From Chloroflexota bacterium (lineage in GTDB: Bacteria > Chloroflexota > Anaerolineae > JAAEKA01): a stretch of 64,000 nucleotides of DNA. The notes beneath the pieces were generated by a model, which was not told where the DNA came from, did not search any database, and was given only the letters and a program-made list of their open reading frames with translations. The DNA is taken from positions 895 through 64,894 of the forward strand of contig JAKQCW010000021.1 of NCBI GenBank assembly GCA_029558955.1, read 5' to 3'. The position numbers were made by a program, and so were the translations under genes. This document shows, in pieces, positions 47,719 to 59,547 of this stretch (within the stretch, counting starts at the first letter, position 1; the number at the start of each line of letters is the position of its first letter).

Positions 47719-48942
47719 ATGATCTATCATTTCGACCAGGAGATCGACCGCCGCGGCGCCCACAGCGCCAAGTGGGGCGTCGTCAAGCTGGACGGCCGCT
47801 TTGTGCCGCTGGACGAGGCGCCGCAGTTCAGCAACGGCCCGCGCTTGCTGCCCATGTGGGTGGCTGACATGGACTTCACCTGCCCGCAGCCGGTGATCGA
47901 TGCGCTGACGGCGCGCGTCCAGCATGGCATCTTCGGCTACAGTTGGCCCGGCGCCTCCTACCGCCAGGCCGTGATCGACTGGATGCAGCGCCGCCACGGC
48001 TGGACGGTGCAGTCCGATTGGATCGTGCCGACGCCCGGCGTGGTGCCGGCGCTCAACATGCTGGTGCGCACCTTCGTTGCGCCCGGCCAGCGGGTGATCG
48101 TCCAGCCGCCGGTCTATTATCCGTTCTTCGCCGCCGTTGCCAACAACGGCGCCGAGCTGGCGCACAATCCCCTGCGCTATGCCGGCGGCCGCTACGGCGT
48201 CGATCTCGCGGGGCTGGAAGCGCTGGCCAGCCAGCCGGATGTGACCATGTTGATCCTCTCCAGCCCGCACAACCCTGTGGGCCGCGTCTGGACGCCGGAC
48301 GAGCTGCGGCGGCTGGGCGAGATCTGCCTGGCGCACGGCGTGCTGGTGGTGGCCGATGAGATTCATGGCGACCTGATCTACCCCGGCCACCGTTTCACGC
48401 CCTACGCCACGCTGGGCAACGAATTTGCCGAGAACGCTGTCATCTGCACCGCGCCCAGCAAGACCTTCAACCTGGCCGGTCTGGCCACCAGCAACATCAT
48501 CATCCCCAACCCTGAGCTGCGCCTTCGATTCGAGCGCACGCTGAACAGCAACGGGCTGCACGGCGTCAACACCTTCGGCATGGTGGCGCTGGAGGCGGCC
48601 TACCAGGAGGGCGAAGAGTGGCTGGCGCAGGTGTTGGACTATGTCGCCGGCAATTTCCGCTTCCTGCGCGACTACCTGGCCGAACACTTGCCGCAGATCG
48701 ATGTGATCGAGCCGGAAGGCACCTACCTGGTCTGGCTGGACTGCCGGCGGCTGGGGCTGGACAAGGCCGCGCTGGAGCGGCTGATGCTGACGGAGGCCCG
48801 CGTTTTCCTGGACGAAGGCTACATCTTTGGCGCTGAGGGGGAGGGCTTCGAGCGCATCAACATCGCCTGTCCGCGCTCGATTCTGGCCGAGGCGCTGCAA
48901 CGAATCAAGGCGGCGGTGGACGGCCTGCCGGGCGTCTCCTAG
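47719..48942 (+). CDS. PLP-dependent C-S lyase (PatB/MalY-type cystathionine beta-lyase-like aminotransferase)
   Basis: SSPHNPVGRVW, AVICTAPSKTFNLAGL (PLP-lysine context); 407 aa. Confidence 0.85.
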   Translation: MIYHFDQEIDRRGAHSAKWGVVKLDGRFVPLDEAPQFSNGPRLLPMWVADMDFTCPQPVIDALTARVQHGIFGYSWPGASYRQAVIDWMQRRHGWTVQSDWIVPTPGVVPALNMLVRTFVAPGQRVIVQPPVYYPFFAAVANNGAELAHNPLRYAGGRYGVDLAGLEALASQPDVTMLILSSPHNPVGRVWTPDELRRLGEICLAHGVLVVADEIHGDLIYPGHRFTPYATLGNEFAENAVICTAPSKTFNLAGLATSNIIIPNPELRLRFERTLNSNGLHGVNTFGMVALEAAYQEGEEWLAQVLDYVAGNFRFLRDYLAEHLPQIDVIEPEGTYLVWLDCRRLGLDKAALERLMLTEARVFLDEGYIFGAEGEGFERINIACPRSILAEALQRIKAAVDGLPGVS

Positions 48943-48948
48943 AAAACC

Positions 48949-49551
48949 ATGCGCATCGGCATCCTGGGCGGCACCTTCGACCCGATCCACATCGGCCACC
49001 TGATCCTGGCCGAGGAGGCGCGCGACCTGCTGCACCTGGACACGGTGCTGCTGGCGCCGGCCGCCGATCCGCCGCACAAGCGCCAGCAGGGCAAGTCGCC
49101 GGCCAGCCATCGGATTCGGATGGTTGAGCTGGCCATCGCCGACAACCCCCACCTGGCCCTTTCCCGCATCGACATCGACCGCCCCGGCCCGCACTACACC
49201 CTGGACATGCTGCGCCTGCTGCGGGAGCAATACGGCCCCCAGGCTGAGCTCTACTTCCTGATGGGTCTGGACTCGCTGGCTGACCTGCCCACATGGCACA
49301 GGCCGCTGGAGTTGATGCAGCAGTGCAGCCTGGTCGCGCTCAGCCGGCCCGGCGCAGACTTCGACTGGGACACGCTGGAGGCGGCTCTGCCGGGCGTGCG
49401 CAGCCGCGTGATTCTCCTGCCCATGCCGCTGCTGGAGATCTCAGGCAGCGATCTGCGCCAGCGGGCGCGGCAGGGCCGGCCGCTGCGCTACCAGGTGCCG
49501 CGTCCGGTGGAGCAGTACATCGCCCAGCACCAGCTCTATCGCGAGCCATAG
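48949..49551 (+). CDS. nadD: Nicotinate-nucleotide adenylyltransferase
   Basis: [25 protein letters not shown]. Confidence 0.9.
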   Translation: MRIGILGGTFDPIHIGHLILAEEARDLLHLDTVLLAPAADPPHKRQQGKSPASHRIRMVELAIADNPHLALSRIDIDRPGPHYTLDMLRLLREQYGPQAELYFLMGLDSLADLPTWHRPLELMQQCSLVALSRPGADFDWDTLEAALPGVRSRVILLPMPLLEISGSDLRQRARQGRPLRYQVPRPVEQYIAQHQLYREP

Positions 49552-49687
49552 GCCGCCGCAAGGCAGCCCAGACATAGCTCGCCGCTCAGGCCGGTCTCCG
49601 ACCGAGCCCCACCCGACCCGCCGCTCGGGCCGGTCTCCGACCGAGCCCCGCCAAGAACCTTGACCCGCGGCAACAGGAGACGTGACC

Positions 49688-50263
49688 ATGCCTCTGAAAA
49701 CGACCTTGTATACCCGCGTCGGCGACGACGGCTACACCGGCGTGTTGGGCCGCGAGCGCGTGGCCAAATATGACCTGCAGCCGGTGGCCTACGGCACGGT
49801 GGATGAGCTGTCAGCGCAGTTGGCGCTGGCCCGCACGGCCGTCCAACACCCCGACGCCAACGACATGCTGCTGGAAGTGCAGCGCGATCTCTACGCGGCC
49901 ATGGCCGACCTGGCCACCACCCCCGCGGCGGCCGAGAAGAGCGGCGTGCGGCTGTACGAGCCGCGCATCGTCTGGCTGGAGGAACTGATTGACCAGGTGG
50001 GTCAGCAGGTCGAGATCCCGCCGGCCTTCATCATCTCGGGCGACAGCTACGCCGGCGCGCTGTTGGACGTGGCGCGCACCGTCTGTCGCCGCGCCGAGCG
50101 CCATGTGGCCAGGTTGCATCACGAAGCCCTGCTCTGCAACCCCGTGGTGTTGCGCTACCTGAACCGGCTCTCCTCCCTGCTCTTCGTCCTCTCTCGCCTG
50201 GAGGACAAGGCGGCAGGGGTGGAGGAGTTTACAGTCGCCAAATGGGAGAAGCGCGGTCGATGA
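49688..50263 (+). CDS. ATP:cob(I)alamin adenosyltransferase, PduO-type
   Basis: TTLYTRVGDDGYTG N-terminal motif and helical-bundle length. Two copies of ggccggtctccgaccgagcc lie just upstream (about 49575-49650). Confidence 0.75.
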   Translation: MPLKTTLYTRVGDDGYTGVLGRERVAKYDLQPVAYGTVDELSAQLALARTAVQHPDANDMLLEVQRDLYAAMADLATTPAAAEKSGVRLYEPRIVWLEELIDQVGQQVEIPPAFIISGDSYAGALLDVARTVCRRAERHVARLHHEALLCNPVVLRYLNRLSSLLFVLSRLEDKAAGVEEFTVAKWEKRGR

Positions 50264-50264
50264 T

Positions 50265-50445
50265 CCGTAACTCGTAACCCGTAACCCGTAACCGGAAAGA
50301 GCTCTCGCATAAGGGGAAACAATCCGGGTTACGAGTTACGCATTACGCATTACGTCGTCCCATCCACCCAACACCCCTCTCACTCACACGGAAACATTCC
50401 GGGTTACGAGTTACGCATTACGCCTTCCCATCCACCCAACACCCC
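50265..50445. repeat. Inverted heptamer arrays (ccgtaactcgtaacccgtaaccc ... ccgggttacgagttacgcattacgcattacg, twice) upstream of nfo
   Basis: Read directly. The proximal arrays read GYTACGM/GCATTAC in the sense of the downstream gene. Confidence 0.8.
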
Positions 50446-50475
50446 TCTCAATCACAACTTCTCACGGAGCCCCTC

Positions 50476-51339
50476 ATGTCCCCCAAACTCGGCGCCCACA
50501 TGTCGGCTGCTGGCGGCGTCAGCAAAGCCTTTGCACGCGGCCAGTCCGTCGGCTGCGAGACCATCCAGATCTTCACCCGCAACCAGAATCGCTGGGAAAG
50601 CAAGCCGTTGGACCCGGCCGAGATCCAACGCTGGCACGCGGCCGCGGCTGCCACCGGCATCGCCCCAGCCATCTCGCATTCCTCCTACCTGATCAACCTG
50701 GGCTCGCCCGACGATGCGCTCTGGGAGAAGTCCATCGGCGCGTTGGTGGATGAACTGCAGCGGGCCGAGGCGTTGGGGCTGCTGGGCGTGGTCTTGCATC
50801 CCGGCGCCCACATGGAGCAGGGGGAAGAGGTCGGCATCGCCCGCGTCGCAGCGGGCCTGGACCGGGCCCATGCCGCCACAGCCGGCTTCCAGACGCTGAC
50901 TCTGCTGGAGATCACCGCGGGCCAGGGAACGACTCTGGGCTACAAGTTCGAGCATCTGGCCGCCATGCGCAGCCAGGCGGCCACCGCTGAGCGCATCGCC
51001 GTCTGCTTCGACACCTGCCACGCCTTCGCCGCGGGCTATGATTTTCGCACCCCCGAAAGCTACGCGGCCATGATCGAGGCCTTCGACCGCACCGTCGGCC
51101 TGGACCTGCTCAAGTGTTTCCACCTCAACGACAGCAAGGGGACGCTGGGCAACCGGCGCGACCGCCATGAGCACATCGGCAAGGGGGGCATCGGCCTCAG
51201 CGGCTTCGCCCATCTGCTCAACGACCCGCGTTTCGCCGGCGTTCCCATGCTCCTGGAGACCGACAAGAGCGACGATCTGCACGAGGATGCGGAAAACCTG
51301 GCCGTGCTGCGGGGGCTGATCGAGCCTGGAAACGGCTAA
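50476..51339 (+). CDS. nfo: Endonuclease IV (AP endonuclease family 2)
   Basis: IGAHMSAAGG, VLHPGAH, ITLLEITAGQGT, CFDTCHAFAAGYD, HLNDSK. Confidence 0.9.
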   Translation: MSPKLGAHMSAAGGVSKAFARGQSVGCETIQIFTRNQNRWESKPLDPAEIQRWHAAAAATGIAPAISHSSYLINLGSPDDALWEKSIGALVDELQRAEALGLLGVVLHPGAHMEQGEEVGIARVAAGLDRAHAATAGFQTLTLLEITAGQGTTLGYKFEHLAAMRSQAATAERIAVCFDTCHAFAAGYDFRTPESYAAMIEAFDRTVGLDLLKCFHLNDSKGTLGNRRDRHEHIGKGGIGLSGFAHLLNDPRFAGVPMLLETDKSDDLHEDAENLAVLRGLIEPGNG

Positions 51340-51492
51340 ACGTCTCGTTTTTGTTCTCACGCCAAGCCGCAAAGCACCGGTTGCCGCGTCCTTGGATGAC
51401 GCGTCGAGGCAGGGATCAACACGGATCCCTGCCTCGTTTTTGGCGAAAGTCACGGTCAGGCGTCTGACAAGTGCGCTGCGACGCGTTGGCGC

Positions 51493-53685
51493 TCAGCGCC
51501 TGCTCAACAGCTTCTTGCCCACCACCAGGCCGGCCACGCCGAGGCCGACGGCCGCAGCCGCCAGCAGCGGCGTCTTGGAGCTGCTGGAGGTTGACACACC
51601 CTTGGACATGACAGGAACCGACTTGAGCTGCTCGGCTGCCTCGGCGCGCACCTGCTCGAAGAGCACCGGGTCGGCGCGGTAGCGGTCGGCCAGCACGCGC
51701 TTGGCCTGGATGTCCTCATCGGTGATGTATTCTTCGCCGAAGCGCAGGCCGGCCAGCCGGAAATCGTGCTTGAGGGAGAGCTTGTAGATCTCCTTGACCC
51801 GATCCATGGTGATGTTGCGTCCCAGCGTGTAGTCCTCGAAGCGGCCCTCCATGGCCAGCAGCGCGGTCTCGGCCAGACAGGCGTAGGAGGTCTTGGGCGG
51901 CAGGCCGATATCATAGCCGAAATCGATGTCGCCGGGGATCAACACCTCGCCGCTCTCGATGCAGAGCACGTCCGGCCGCAGCGCCGCCTCGGCCGGGTTG
52001 ATGTCCGGCGGCCGCGCCACGTCGCAGATCACCGCGCCCGGCTTGCACTTGGTGATGTCGATCACCCGCTGGCCAAAGGCCGAGGTGGCGGTGATGATCA
52101 GGTCGCAGTCGGCGATCAGGTCGCCCGCCTTGGTGGCGATGGTCACCTCGCAGCCGGGCGTCTCCTTTTGGATGGTGCGCTTCAGTTCGATCAGCTTCTC
52201 CGGTTCGATGGAGACCAGCACCACGTTGCCGATGGCCTGGGCGATCAGCCGCGAGCAGACCGAGGCGATGGAGCCGGTCGCGCCGACGATCATCGCCTTG
52301 CCCTTGGTCAGATCGGTGGCGCCCATCAGGATCACGGCCTTCTTGGCTGCCTCCAGCGTCATGGCCACGGTCAGGCTGTTGCCGCTGGTGATGGCGATGT
52401 CGGCCTCATGGGCCACGGTGATCCCCGCATCGCCCACCACCGAGGTGAACGCGCCCAGGCCCATGATGCGCGCGCCCTTGCGTTCGGCGATGCGCGCCGC
52501 CTTGTTGAGCCGGTCGTAGGTGAAGCGTTCCCCCTGCTGCATCATCTGGCGCGGCGTGGCGGCCAGGGTGATCAGATGGCCCTCGATGCGCTGGCCGGTG
52601 GTCGGCGACTTGCCGCCGGTGATGCGCGACAGATACATGGGGGGCATGTAGGCCGCCACCCGTTCCACCAGGTCGTTGGGCAGGTGCTTGGTCCAGGCAA
52701 ACTGGGGGCTCTTGTGAATGAAATTGACGTTCAACGGATGGATCACGAACGCGAAGCGGTTGATGCCCGCCTCCTGCGGCTGCAAATAGCGCACATGGGG
52801 CGTCCAATGGATGTCGGCCATCAGGTCCAGGTAGGTGTCCTCGGTCAGCGGCAGCTCCGGGTTGGTGCGCAGCGCCACCAGCACCGCCTCGATCGTCGCG
52901 GCCGACCAGCGCCCCAGGTTTTTGGCGCCGTCCAGCGCCGGCATCATGGTGATGACGATGGCCGCACCGCGCTGGCGCAGGTCTTCCAGATCCTCTTCGC
53001 TGGCCCACTCCACTGCCACCGTCTTGTGTTTGAGCTGGGCGGGGGCATAGCGGCGAATGGCGCCCATGTCGCCCGCGATGACATCGGCCCATTCAAACGG
53101 GGCGGTCGAACGCGGTTGGCCGGCCGCACCAGCCTGCGGCAGCAGCCGGCGGAAGGGCGCGTTTTTCAGATGGTCCAGCGTGGGCTTGACTGCCTGCTCC
53201 AGCGTGCGCTGGCTGCCGACGCCAGGAAAGTCAGGCAGGGCAAAGAAGACATCGGGGTCAGCGTAGCGCAGGAAGGGGGTGCGCCGGCCCAGCGCCTGGG
53301 CCAGGCCGCCGTGGTTCAGTCCCGGCGCCATCAGAATGTGCTTCTGGCTGAAGATGCCCGGCTCGGCCCGGTCGGCCAGGATCACCGCCCAGCGCTCCAG
53401 GCCAGGTCTGATCCCGCCGCCGTCCACCACGGGCGTCTGACTGGCCGCGGTTGGCAGCGTCGCGCCGATTTCATGGGCTACCCGCACGCCCCCCAACTCC
53501 AGCTCGGCCGGATAGCCCTCCAGGCCGATCGCGTCCACCAAGCCATCGAACTGAGCGATGAGCGCCTCAGCGCGCTGGGCGTCGCCGTGGCAGCCGATGC
53601 GGTGAATCTGCACCTCCTGGCCCAGAAAGTTGACCGCCGAAAGATCCTCGCCGTCGCCCAGATGAATGATTACCACTTCTTTCAT
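51493..53685 (-). CDS. Multidomain protein with a central shikimate/quinate 5-dehydrogenase-like NAD(P)-binding domain and a C-terminal transmembrane anchor; N-terminal domain unassigned
   Basis: [13 protein letters not shown]...[19 protein letters not shown]ossmann-like segment. C-terminal [21 protein letters not shown]. 730 aa. Confidence 0.5.
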   Translation of the reverse strand: MKEVVIIHLGDGEDLSAVNFLGQEVQIHRIGCHGDAQRAEALIAQFDGLVDAIGLEGYPAELELGGVRVAHEIGATLPTAASQTPVVDGGGIRPGLERWAVILADRAEPGIFSQKHILMAPGLNHGGLAQALGRRTPFLRYADPDVFFALPDFPGVGSQRTLEQAVKPTLDHLKNAPFRRLLPQAGAAGQPRSTAPFEWADVIAGDMGAIRRYAPAQLKHKTVAVEWASEEDLEDLRQRGAAIVITMMPALDGAKNLGRWSAATIEAVLVALRTNPELPLTEDTYLDLMADIHWTPHVRYLQPQEAGINRFAFVIHPLNVNFIHKSPQFAWTKHLPNDLVERVAAYMPPMYLSRITGGKSPTTGQRIEGHLITLAATPRQMMQQGERFTYDRLNKAARIAERKGARIMGLGAFTSVVGDAGITVAHEADIAITSGNSLTVAMTLEAAKKAVILMGATDLTKGKAMIVGATGSIASVCSRLIAQAIGNVVLVSIEPEKLIELKRTIQKETPGCEVTIATKAGDLIADCDLIITATSAFGQRVIDITKCKPGAVICDVARPPDINPAEAALRPDVLCIESGEVLIPGDIDFGYDIGLPPKTSYACLAETALLAMEGRFEDYTLGRNITMDRVKEIYKLSLKHDFRLAGLRFGEEYITDEDIQAKRVLADRYRADPVLFEQVRAEAAEQLKSVPVMSKGVSTSSSSKTPLLAAAAVGLGVAGLVVGKKLLSRR

Positions 53686-53699
53686 GATTTTTGTCCTTT

Positions 53700-54013
53700 G
53701 GATTCGTGATGCGTAATGCGTAATGCGTAATGCGTGATGCGTAATGCGTAATGCGTAACTCGTAACTCGTAACCCGGACTAGCGGCCCGTAACTGGTGAT
53801 TCGTGATCCGGCGTTCGACACCCGGACCCGTGGCTCGTAACGCGTGACCCGTAATGCGTAATGCGTAATGCGTAACCCGGACTAGCGGCCCGTAGCTGAT
53901 GATTCGTGATCCGGCGTCCGACACCCGGACCCGTGGCTCATAACGCGTGACCCGTGACCCAGAGACGACTCCCGTGAACTCCGGGTTACGAGTTACGCAT
54001 TACGAGTTACGAG

Positions 54014-54020
<7 letters not shown>
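53700..54020. repeat. Heptamer arrays (gtaatgc/gtgatgc x~9, gtaactc) plus about 100-bp direct duplication (ccggactagcggcccgta...cgtgacccgta) plus inverted array (ccgggttacgagttacgcattacgagttacgagttacg)
   Basis: Read directly. Sits in the leader of the 51493-53685 gene (minus strand) and downstream of aspA. Confidence 0.85.
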
Positions 54021-55402
<1,382 letters not shown>

Positions 55403-55608
55403 GCTGTCTCTCTCCTTCAATTCGTGGTCAGATCAAGGCTTGGGAAGTCTGGGTTCGTCATGAATAGCAAAAAGCCCCTGCCAAACAGCAGAGGCCCTTT
55501 GCGTTCTCGATTCGGCGATTCGAGCAGGCTTGCGCCCAGCCCTGTTACACAAAATGCACACAGACCGCGCGCCGCAGATAGCATGCAACGCCGCGCTGAC
55601 CAGCCTGT

Positions 55609-55881
55609 CTACATGTTGAGCGCTTCGTAGCCTGGGCCCTTGGAGAAAAAGTCGGCGTTGAACTTGGCCGAAGGCGTGTATTCCTTGGGAACGTCCTCGA
55701 AGGGGAAGATCGCCTCTACCGGGCATTCAGGCACACAAGCGCCGCAATCGATGCAGGTGTCGGGGTCAATATAATACCAGGGCCATTCGGCCTCCGGCTG
55801 ACCGGCGACGATACACTCGACCGGGCACACTTCCACACAAGCGCCGTCGCGCAGGCACAGGTCAGTGATGACGTGGGTCAT
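55609..55881 (-). CDS. Ferredoxin (4Fe-4S cluster-binding, FdxA-like)
   Basis: CLRDGACVEVCPVECI ... CIDCGACVPECPVEAI. Confidence 0.85.
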   Translation of the reverse strand: MTHVITDLCLRDGACVEVCPVECIVAGQPEAEWPWYYIDPDTCIDCGACVPECPVEAIFPFEDVPKEYTPSAKFNADFFSKGPGYEALNM

Positions 55882-55912
55882 GGATGCTCGCTCTCCAGCT
55901 GGTGCGTCCGGG

Positions 55913-56266
55913 TTACATGTTCAAGGCGTCGTAGCCAGGGCCGCTGCTGTAGAAATCATAGTTGGGCTGAATGCTGGTGGTCAGGTCCACCACTTCGCCG
56001 CCCGAGGCGGTCCACAGAGTCAGGTCAGGCATCGCCATACGCTGCTGGCCGGCCTTCATCTCGTAGTCGCCGGGCACATCCTCTTCGGGGAAGATCGCCT
56101 CGAAGGGGCATTCGGGCACACAGGCGCCGCAGTCGATGCAGGTGTCAGGATCGATATAGTACCAAGGCCACTGATCCTCAGGCTTACCCGGCACGATGCA
56201 TTCGACCGGGCAGACTTCAACGCATGCGCCGTCGCGCAGACACAGGTCGGTGATAATGTGGGTCAT
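55913..56266 (-). CDS. Ferredoxin paralog with a C-terminal extension
   Basis: Identical N-terminal 60 aa pattern (MTHIITDLCLRDGACVEVCPVECI...CIDCGACVPECPFEAI) plus ~30 extra residues. Confidence 0.85.
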   Translation of the reverse strand: MTHIITDLCLRDGACVEVCPVECIVPGKPEDQWPWYYIDPDTCIDCGACVPECPFEAIFPEEDVPGDYEMKAGQQRMAMPDLTLWTASGGEVVDLTTSIQPNYDFYSSGPGYDALNM

Positions 56267-56465
56267 CTGGCTACATCCTCCTAAGTGAGGTGATGTCGTA
56301 AAGACAATGAGCGTGAAGTTTGAAAGACAGGTTACGTAGCAACCATGCTGGCCAGATGAAGCCCACCCAGCCAGCGCTTACGTGTTGCGATTGTACTCCC
56401 TATGTTGGCAAATGTCAAAACCCCGTCACTAGCGCAACACGGCACAAGCACGTTGCTAGAGCCAG

Positions 56466-57191
56466 TCAGCTCTCAGCCACAGCCATCAGCCCGTCGGCGT
56501 CCAGGATTGTGATCCGCTTGCGCCCGATCTCGATCAACCCCTGCGCCTTGAGGTCGTTCAACACCTGGGTGGCGGTCTCGCGGTAGGTGCCCACGGTCTC
56601 GGCCAGGTCCTGATGGGTCAATCCTACCACCTCCAGGCTGTCATGCTCTTCGGCCAGCAGCAGCAAGAGCGAGGCCAGCCGGGCCGGAATGCCCTTGAAG
56701 GCCATGGTCTGCAGCCGCCCCTCCGCGTCCCGCAGCCGCCGGCCGGTGATGTCCAGCACGCGCAGCGCCACCTGTGGCTTGTTCAGGAAGAGGCGCTCCA
56801 GGTCCTTGCGACTCATGACGAAGATCACACATTCCTCCGCGGCCTCGGCGAAGGTGTTGTGCATCTGCTGGCCCAGCAGCGGCATCTCGCCGAACAGCGT
56901 GCCGGGACCGAGGGAGGCGATCACCAGCTTCTTGCCCTCAGGCGAGATGCGATAGAGCTGAACCCGGCCCGATTTAAGGATGAAGAGCACCTCGCCGCTC
57001 TCCTCTGGCCGGTAGAACACCTTGCCGCGCTTGACCGCGCTGATGGTGATCAGCCGTTCCAGCTCTTCGATCTCCTTGGGGGACAGGTCCTGAAACAGTT
57101 CGATATCTGACAGAAAGCCCAGCTTGGCCTTGGTAGTGGTGCTTGTCACGGCAGTCAACCTCGCGTCACGTTTGTGAGGATTGTAGCGCAA
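56466..57191 (-). CDS. Crp/Fnr family transcriptional regulator (cNMP-binding + HTH)
   Basis: [25 protein letters not shown] (cNMP-binding beta-roll). C-terminal [33 protein letters not shown]. Exact start uncertain. Confidence 0.8.
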   Translation of the reverse strand: MRYNPHKRDARLTAVTSTTTKAKLGFLSDIELFQDLSPKEIEELERLITISAVKRGKVFYRPEESGEVLFILKSGRVQLYRISPEGKKLVIASLGPGTLFGEMPLLGQQMHNTFAEAAEECVIFVMSRKDLERLFLNKPQVALRVLDITGRRLRDAEGRLQTMAFKGIPARLASLLLLLAEEHDSLEVVGLTHQDLAETVGTYRETATQVLNDLKAQGLIEIGRKRITILDADGLMAVAES

Positions 57192-57234
57192 TCTTGGAAT
57201 CAGGCAAGGATGCGAGCACGTTGCAATGGCCAGA

Positions 57235-57345
57235 CCCGCCTGAAGGCTCGATTCCGGGATTGCCGGTGCGGAGTCGAGGCTTTAGCCGGGTCTGGCCATT
57301 GCAACGCGGACACCCTGACCCGCCTGAAGGCTCGATTCCGGGATT
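57235..57345. repeat. Copies of ggagtcgaggctttagccggg plus a duplicated cctgaaggctcgattccgggattg motif, upstream of hyuA
   Basis: Read directly. Same element family as 6795-7085 and 47330-47575. Confidence 0.8.
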
Positions 57346-57475
57346 GTTCCGATCCGCCTGGCGGCGGCTTGACAGCGCCGGGATTCTATCTGATAATGCC
57401 AGCCCAGGCAACCTTGCAGCCAGGGCGCGCTCCAAGATTGGCCCATCACCCATCACCCGTCACCCCCTCACTCCC

Positions 57476-59512
57476 ATGCGCATCGGCATCGACATCGGCG
57501 GCACCTTCACTGATTTCGTTCTCTTCGACCCGGCCAGCGGCAGCTTGCAGACCTTCAAGCGCCTCTCGACGCCCCACGATCCGGCCGAGGCGGTGTTGGC
57601 CGGGCTGGCGCGGCTGGATCAGCAGCGGGAGGCGGAGCGCGGCCCGGCAGGCGACCCCACGCCGTCCCTCGCTGAAATCGTCCACGGCTCCACCGTGGCC
57701 ACCAACGCGCTGCTGGAGCGCAAGGGCGCACGCACGGCCTTCGTGACCACGGCGGGCTTTCGTGACCTGCTGGCCATCGGCCGGCAGAACCGCAGCCAGC
57801 TCTACGATCTCTTCGCCGACCGGCCCGCGCCGCTGGCGCCGGCTGAGCTCTGCTTCGAGCTCGGCGAGCGTGTCGACCGCCGCGGCCACGTCTTGCAGCC
57901 GCTGGACCCGGCCGAGCTGGCGGCCTTGGTGGAGCGATTGACCGCGGCCGGGGTGGAATCGACGGCGGTCTGCCTGCTTTTCTCCTTCGCCAACCCCAGC
58001 CACGAAGAGCAGATCGGCGCCGCGCTGCGCCAGGCCGGCCTGCTGACCTCCCTCTCCAGCGAGATCCTGCCCGAGTTTCGCGAGGTGGAGCGGGCCAGCA
58101 CCACGGTGATCAACGCCTACGTCGCGCCGACGCTGAACCGCTACCTGGGCCGGCTGGCCGAACAGTTCCAGGGGGTGGAGTTCCGCATCATGCAGTCCAA
58201 CGGCGGCAGCATCAGCGCGGCTCAGGCCCGCCGCGAGGGGGTGCGTTCGATTCTTTCCGGGCCGGCCGGCGGCGCCGTCGGCGCGTTCCACGTGGCCCAG
58301 GCGGCCGGCTTCAGCCGGGTGCTTGCCTTCGACATGGGGGGCACCTCCACCGACGTGACCCTGTGCGACGGCGGCGTGCGCGTCACCAGCGAGGGGGAGA
58401 TCGGCGGCCTGCCGGTGCGCATCCCGCTGATCGACATCCACACCGTGGGCGCGGGCGGCGGCTCCATCGCGGCCGTGGACCTGGGAGGCGCGCTGCGCGT
58501 CGGCCCGCAGAGCGCCGGCGCCGACCCCGGCCCCGCCTGCTATGGCCGCGGCGGCCTGCTGCCCACCGTCACCGATGCCAACCTGGCGCTGGGCCGCCTG
58601 CCGGCCGATCGTTTCCTGGGCGGGCAGATGGCGCTGGACGCGGCCGCCAGCGAGCAGGCCCTGACCCGGCTGGCCCAGGCCGCGGCGTTGACAGCCGCGC
58701 CCGGTCTTACCCTGGCCCAGACCGCCGCGCTGGGGGTGATCCAGATCGCCAACGCCCACATGGAGCGCGCCCTGCGGGTCATCTCGGTGGCGCGCGGCCA
58801 TGACCCGGCCGATTTTGCCCTGCTCAGCTTTGGCGGCGCGGGCGGGCTGCATGCCTGCGAGCTGGCGCGGGCGCTGGGCGTGCGCACGGTCATCGTGCCG
58901 CCGGGCGCATCCACCCTGTCCGCCTTCGGCATGTTGGCGGCCGACGTGGTCAAGGACTACGTGCAGACGGTGATGCTGGCGGGGACGGTCCCCTTTGCCG
59001 AGCTGGCGGCGCTGGGAGAGGCTCTGGCGCAGCGCGGGCTGGCCGAGGTGGCCGCGGAAGGGGCGCCGCCGGCGCGCATCGCGCTCTATCCCCAGGTGGA
59101 TGTGCGCTACCGCGGCCAGGCCTACGAGCTGACCGTGCCGCTGACGCCGGACTTCGTGGCGGCCTTCCACGCCGAGCATCAACGCATCTACAGCCACAGC
59201 CAGCCGGCCGCCCCGCTGGAAATCGTCAACCTGCGTCTGCGCGCCGTGGGGAGCGTCCCGCGGCCGGCCCTGCCCACGGCCGAGCCGGGCGACCCCGCGG
59301 CCGACGCGGCCTGGCTGGGCCGCCGTCCCGTGGTTCTCCCCAGCGGCCTGGTCGATGCACCCCTGTTCGACGGCGCCGCGCTGCGTCCCGGCCACGCCAT
59401 CGCCGGCCCGGCCATGATCGTCTACAAGGACACCACGGTCTTTCTGGCCACCGGCGACCGCGCGAGGGTGGACCGTCATTTCAACCTGGTGGTTGCAGTC
59501 GGCGACCGGTAG
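57476..59512 (+). CDS. Hydantoinase A / 5-oxoprolinase subunit (HyuA family)
   Basis: MRIGIDIGGTFTDFVL, VHGSTVATNALLERKG, AFDMGGTSTDV. Confidence 0.9.
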   Translation: MRIGIDIGGTFTDFVLFDPASGSLQTFKRLSTPHDPAEAVLAGLARLDQQREAERGPAGDPTPSLAEIVHGSTVATNALLERKGARTAFVTTAGFRDLLAIGRQNRSQLYDLFADRPAPLAPAELCFELGERVDRRGHVLQPLDPAELAALVERLTAAGVESTAVCLLFSFANPSHEEQIGAALRQAGLLTSLSSEILPEFREVERASTTVINAYVAPTLNRYLGRLAEQFQGVEFRIMQSNGGSISAAQARREGVRSILSGPAGGAVGAFHVAQAAGFSRVLAFDMGGTSTDVTLCDGGVRVTSEGEIGGLPVRIPLIDIHTVGAGGGSIAAVDLGGALRVGPQSAGADPGPACYGRGGLLPTVTDANLALGRLPADRFLGGQMALDAAASEQALTRLAQAAALTAAPGLTLAQTAALGVIQIANAHMERALRVISVARGHDPADFALLSFGGAGGLHACELARALGVRTVIVPPGASTLSAFGMLAADVVKDYVQTVMLAGTVPFAELAALGEALAQRGLAEVAAEGAPPARIALYPQVDVRYRGQAYELTVPLTPDFVAAFHAEHQRIYSHSQPAAPLEIVNLRLRAVGSVPRPALPTAEPGDPAADAAWLGRRPVVLPSGLVDAPLFDGAALRPGHAIAGPAMIVYKDTTVFLATGDRARVDRHFNLVVAVGDR

Positions 59513-59547
59513 TCAGTCGCCACCTGCCGTTCCGCCCCCTGTCCCCT

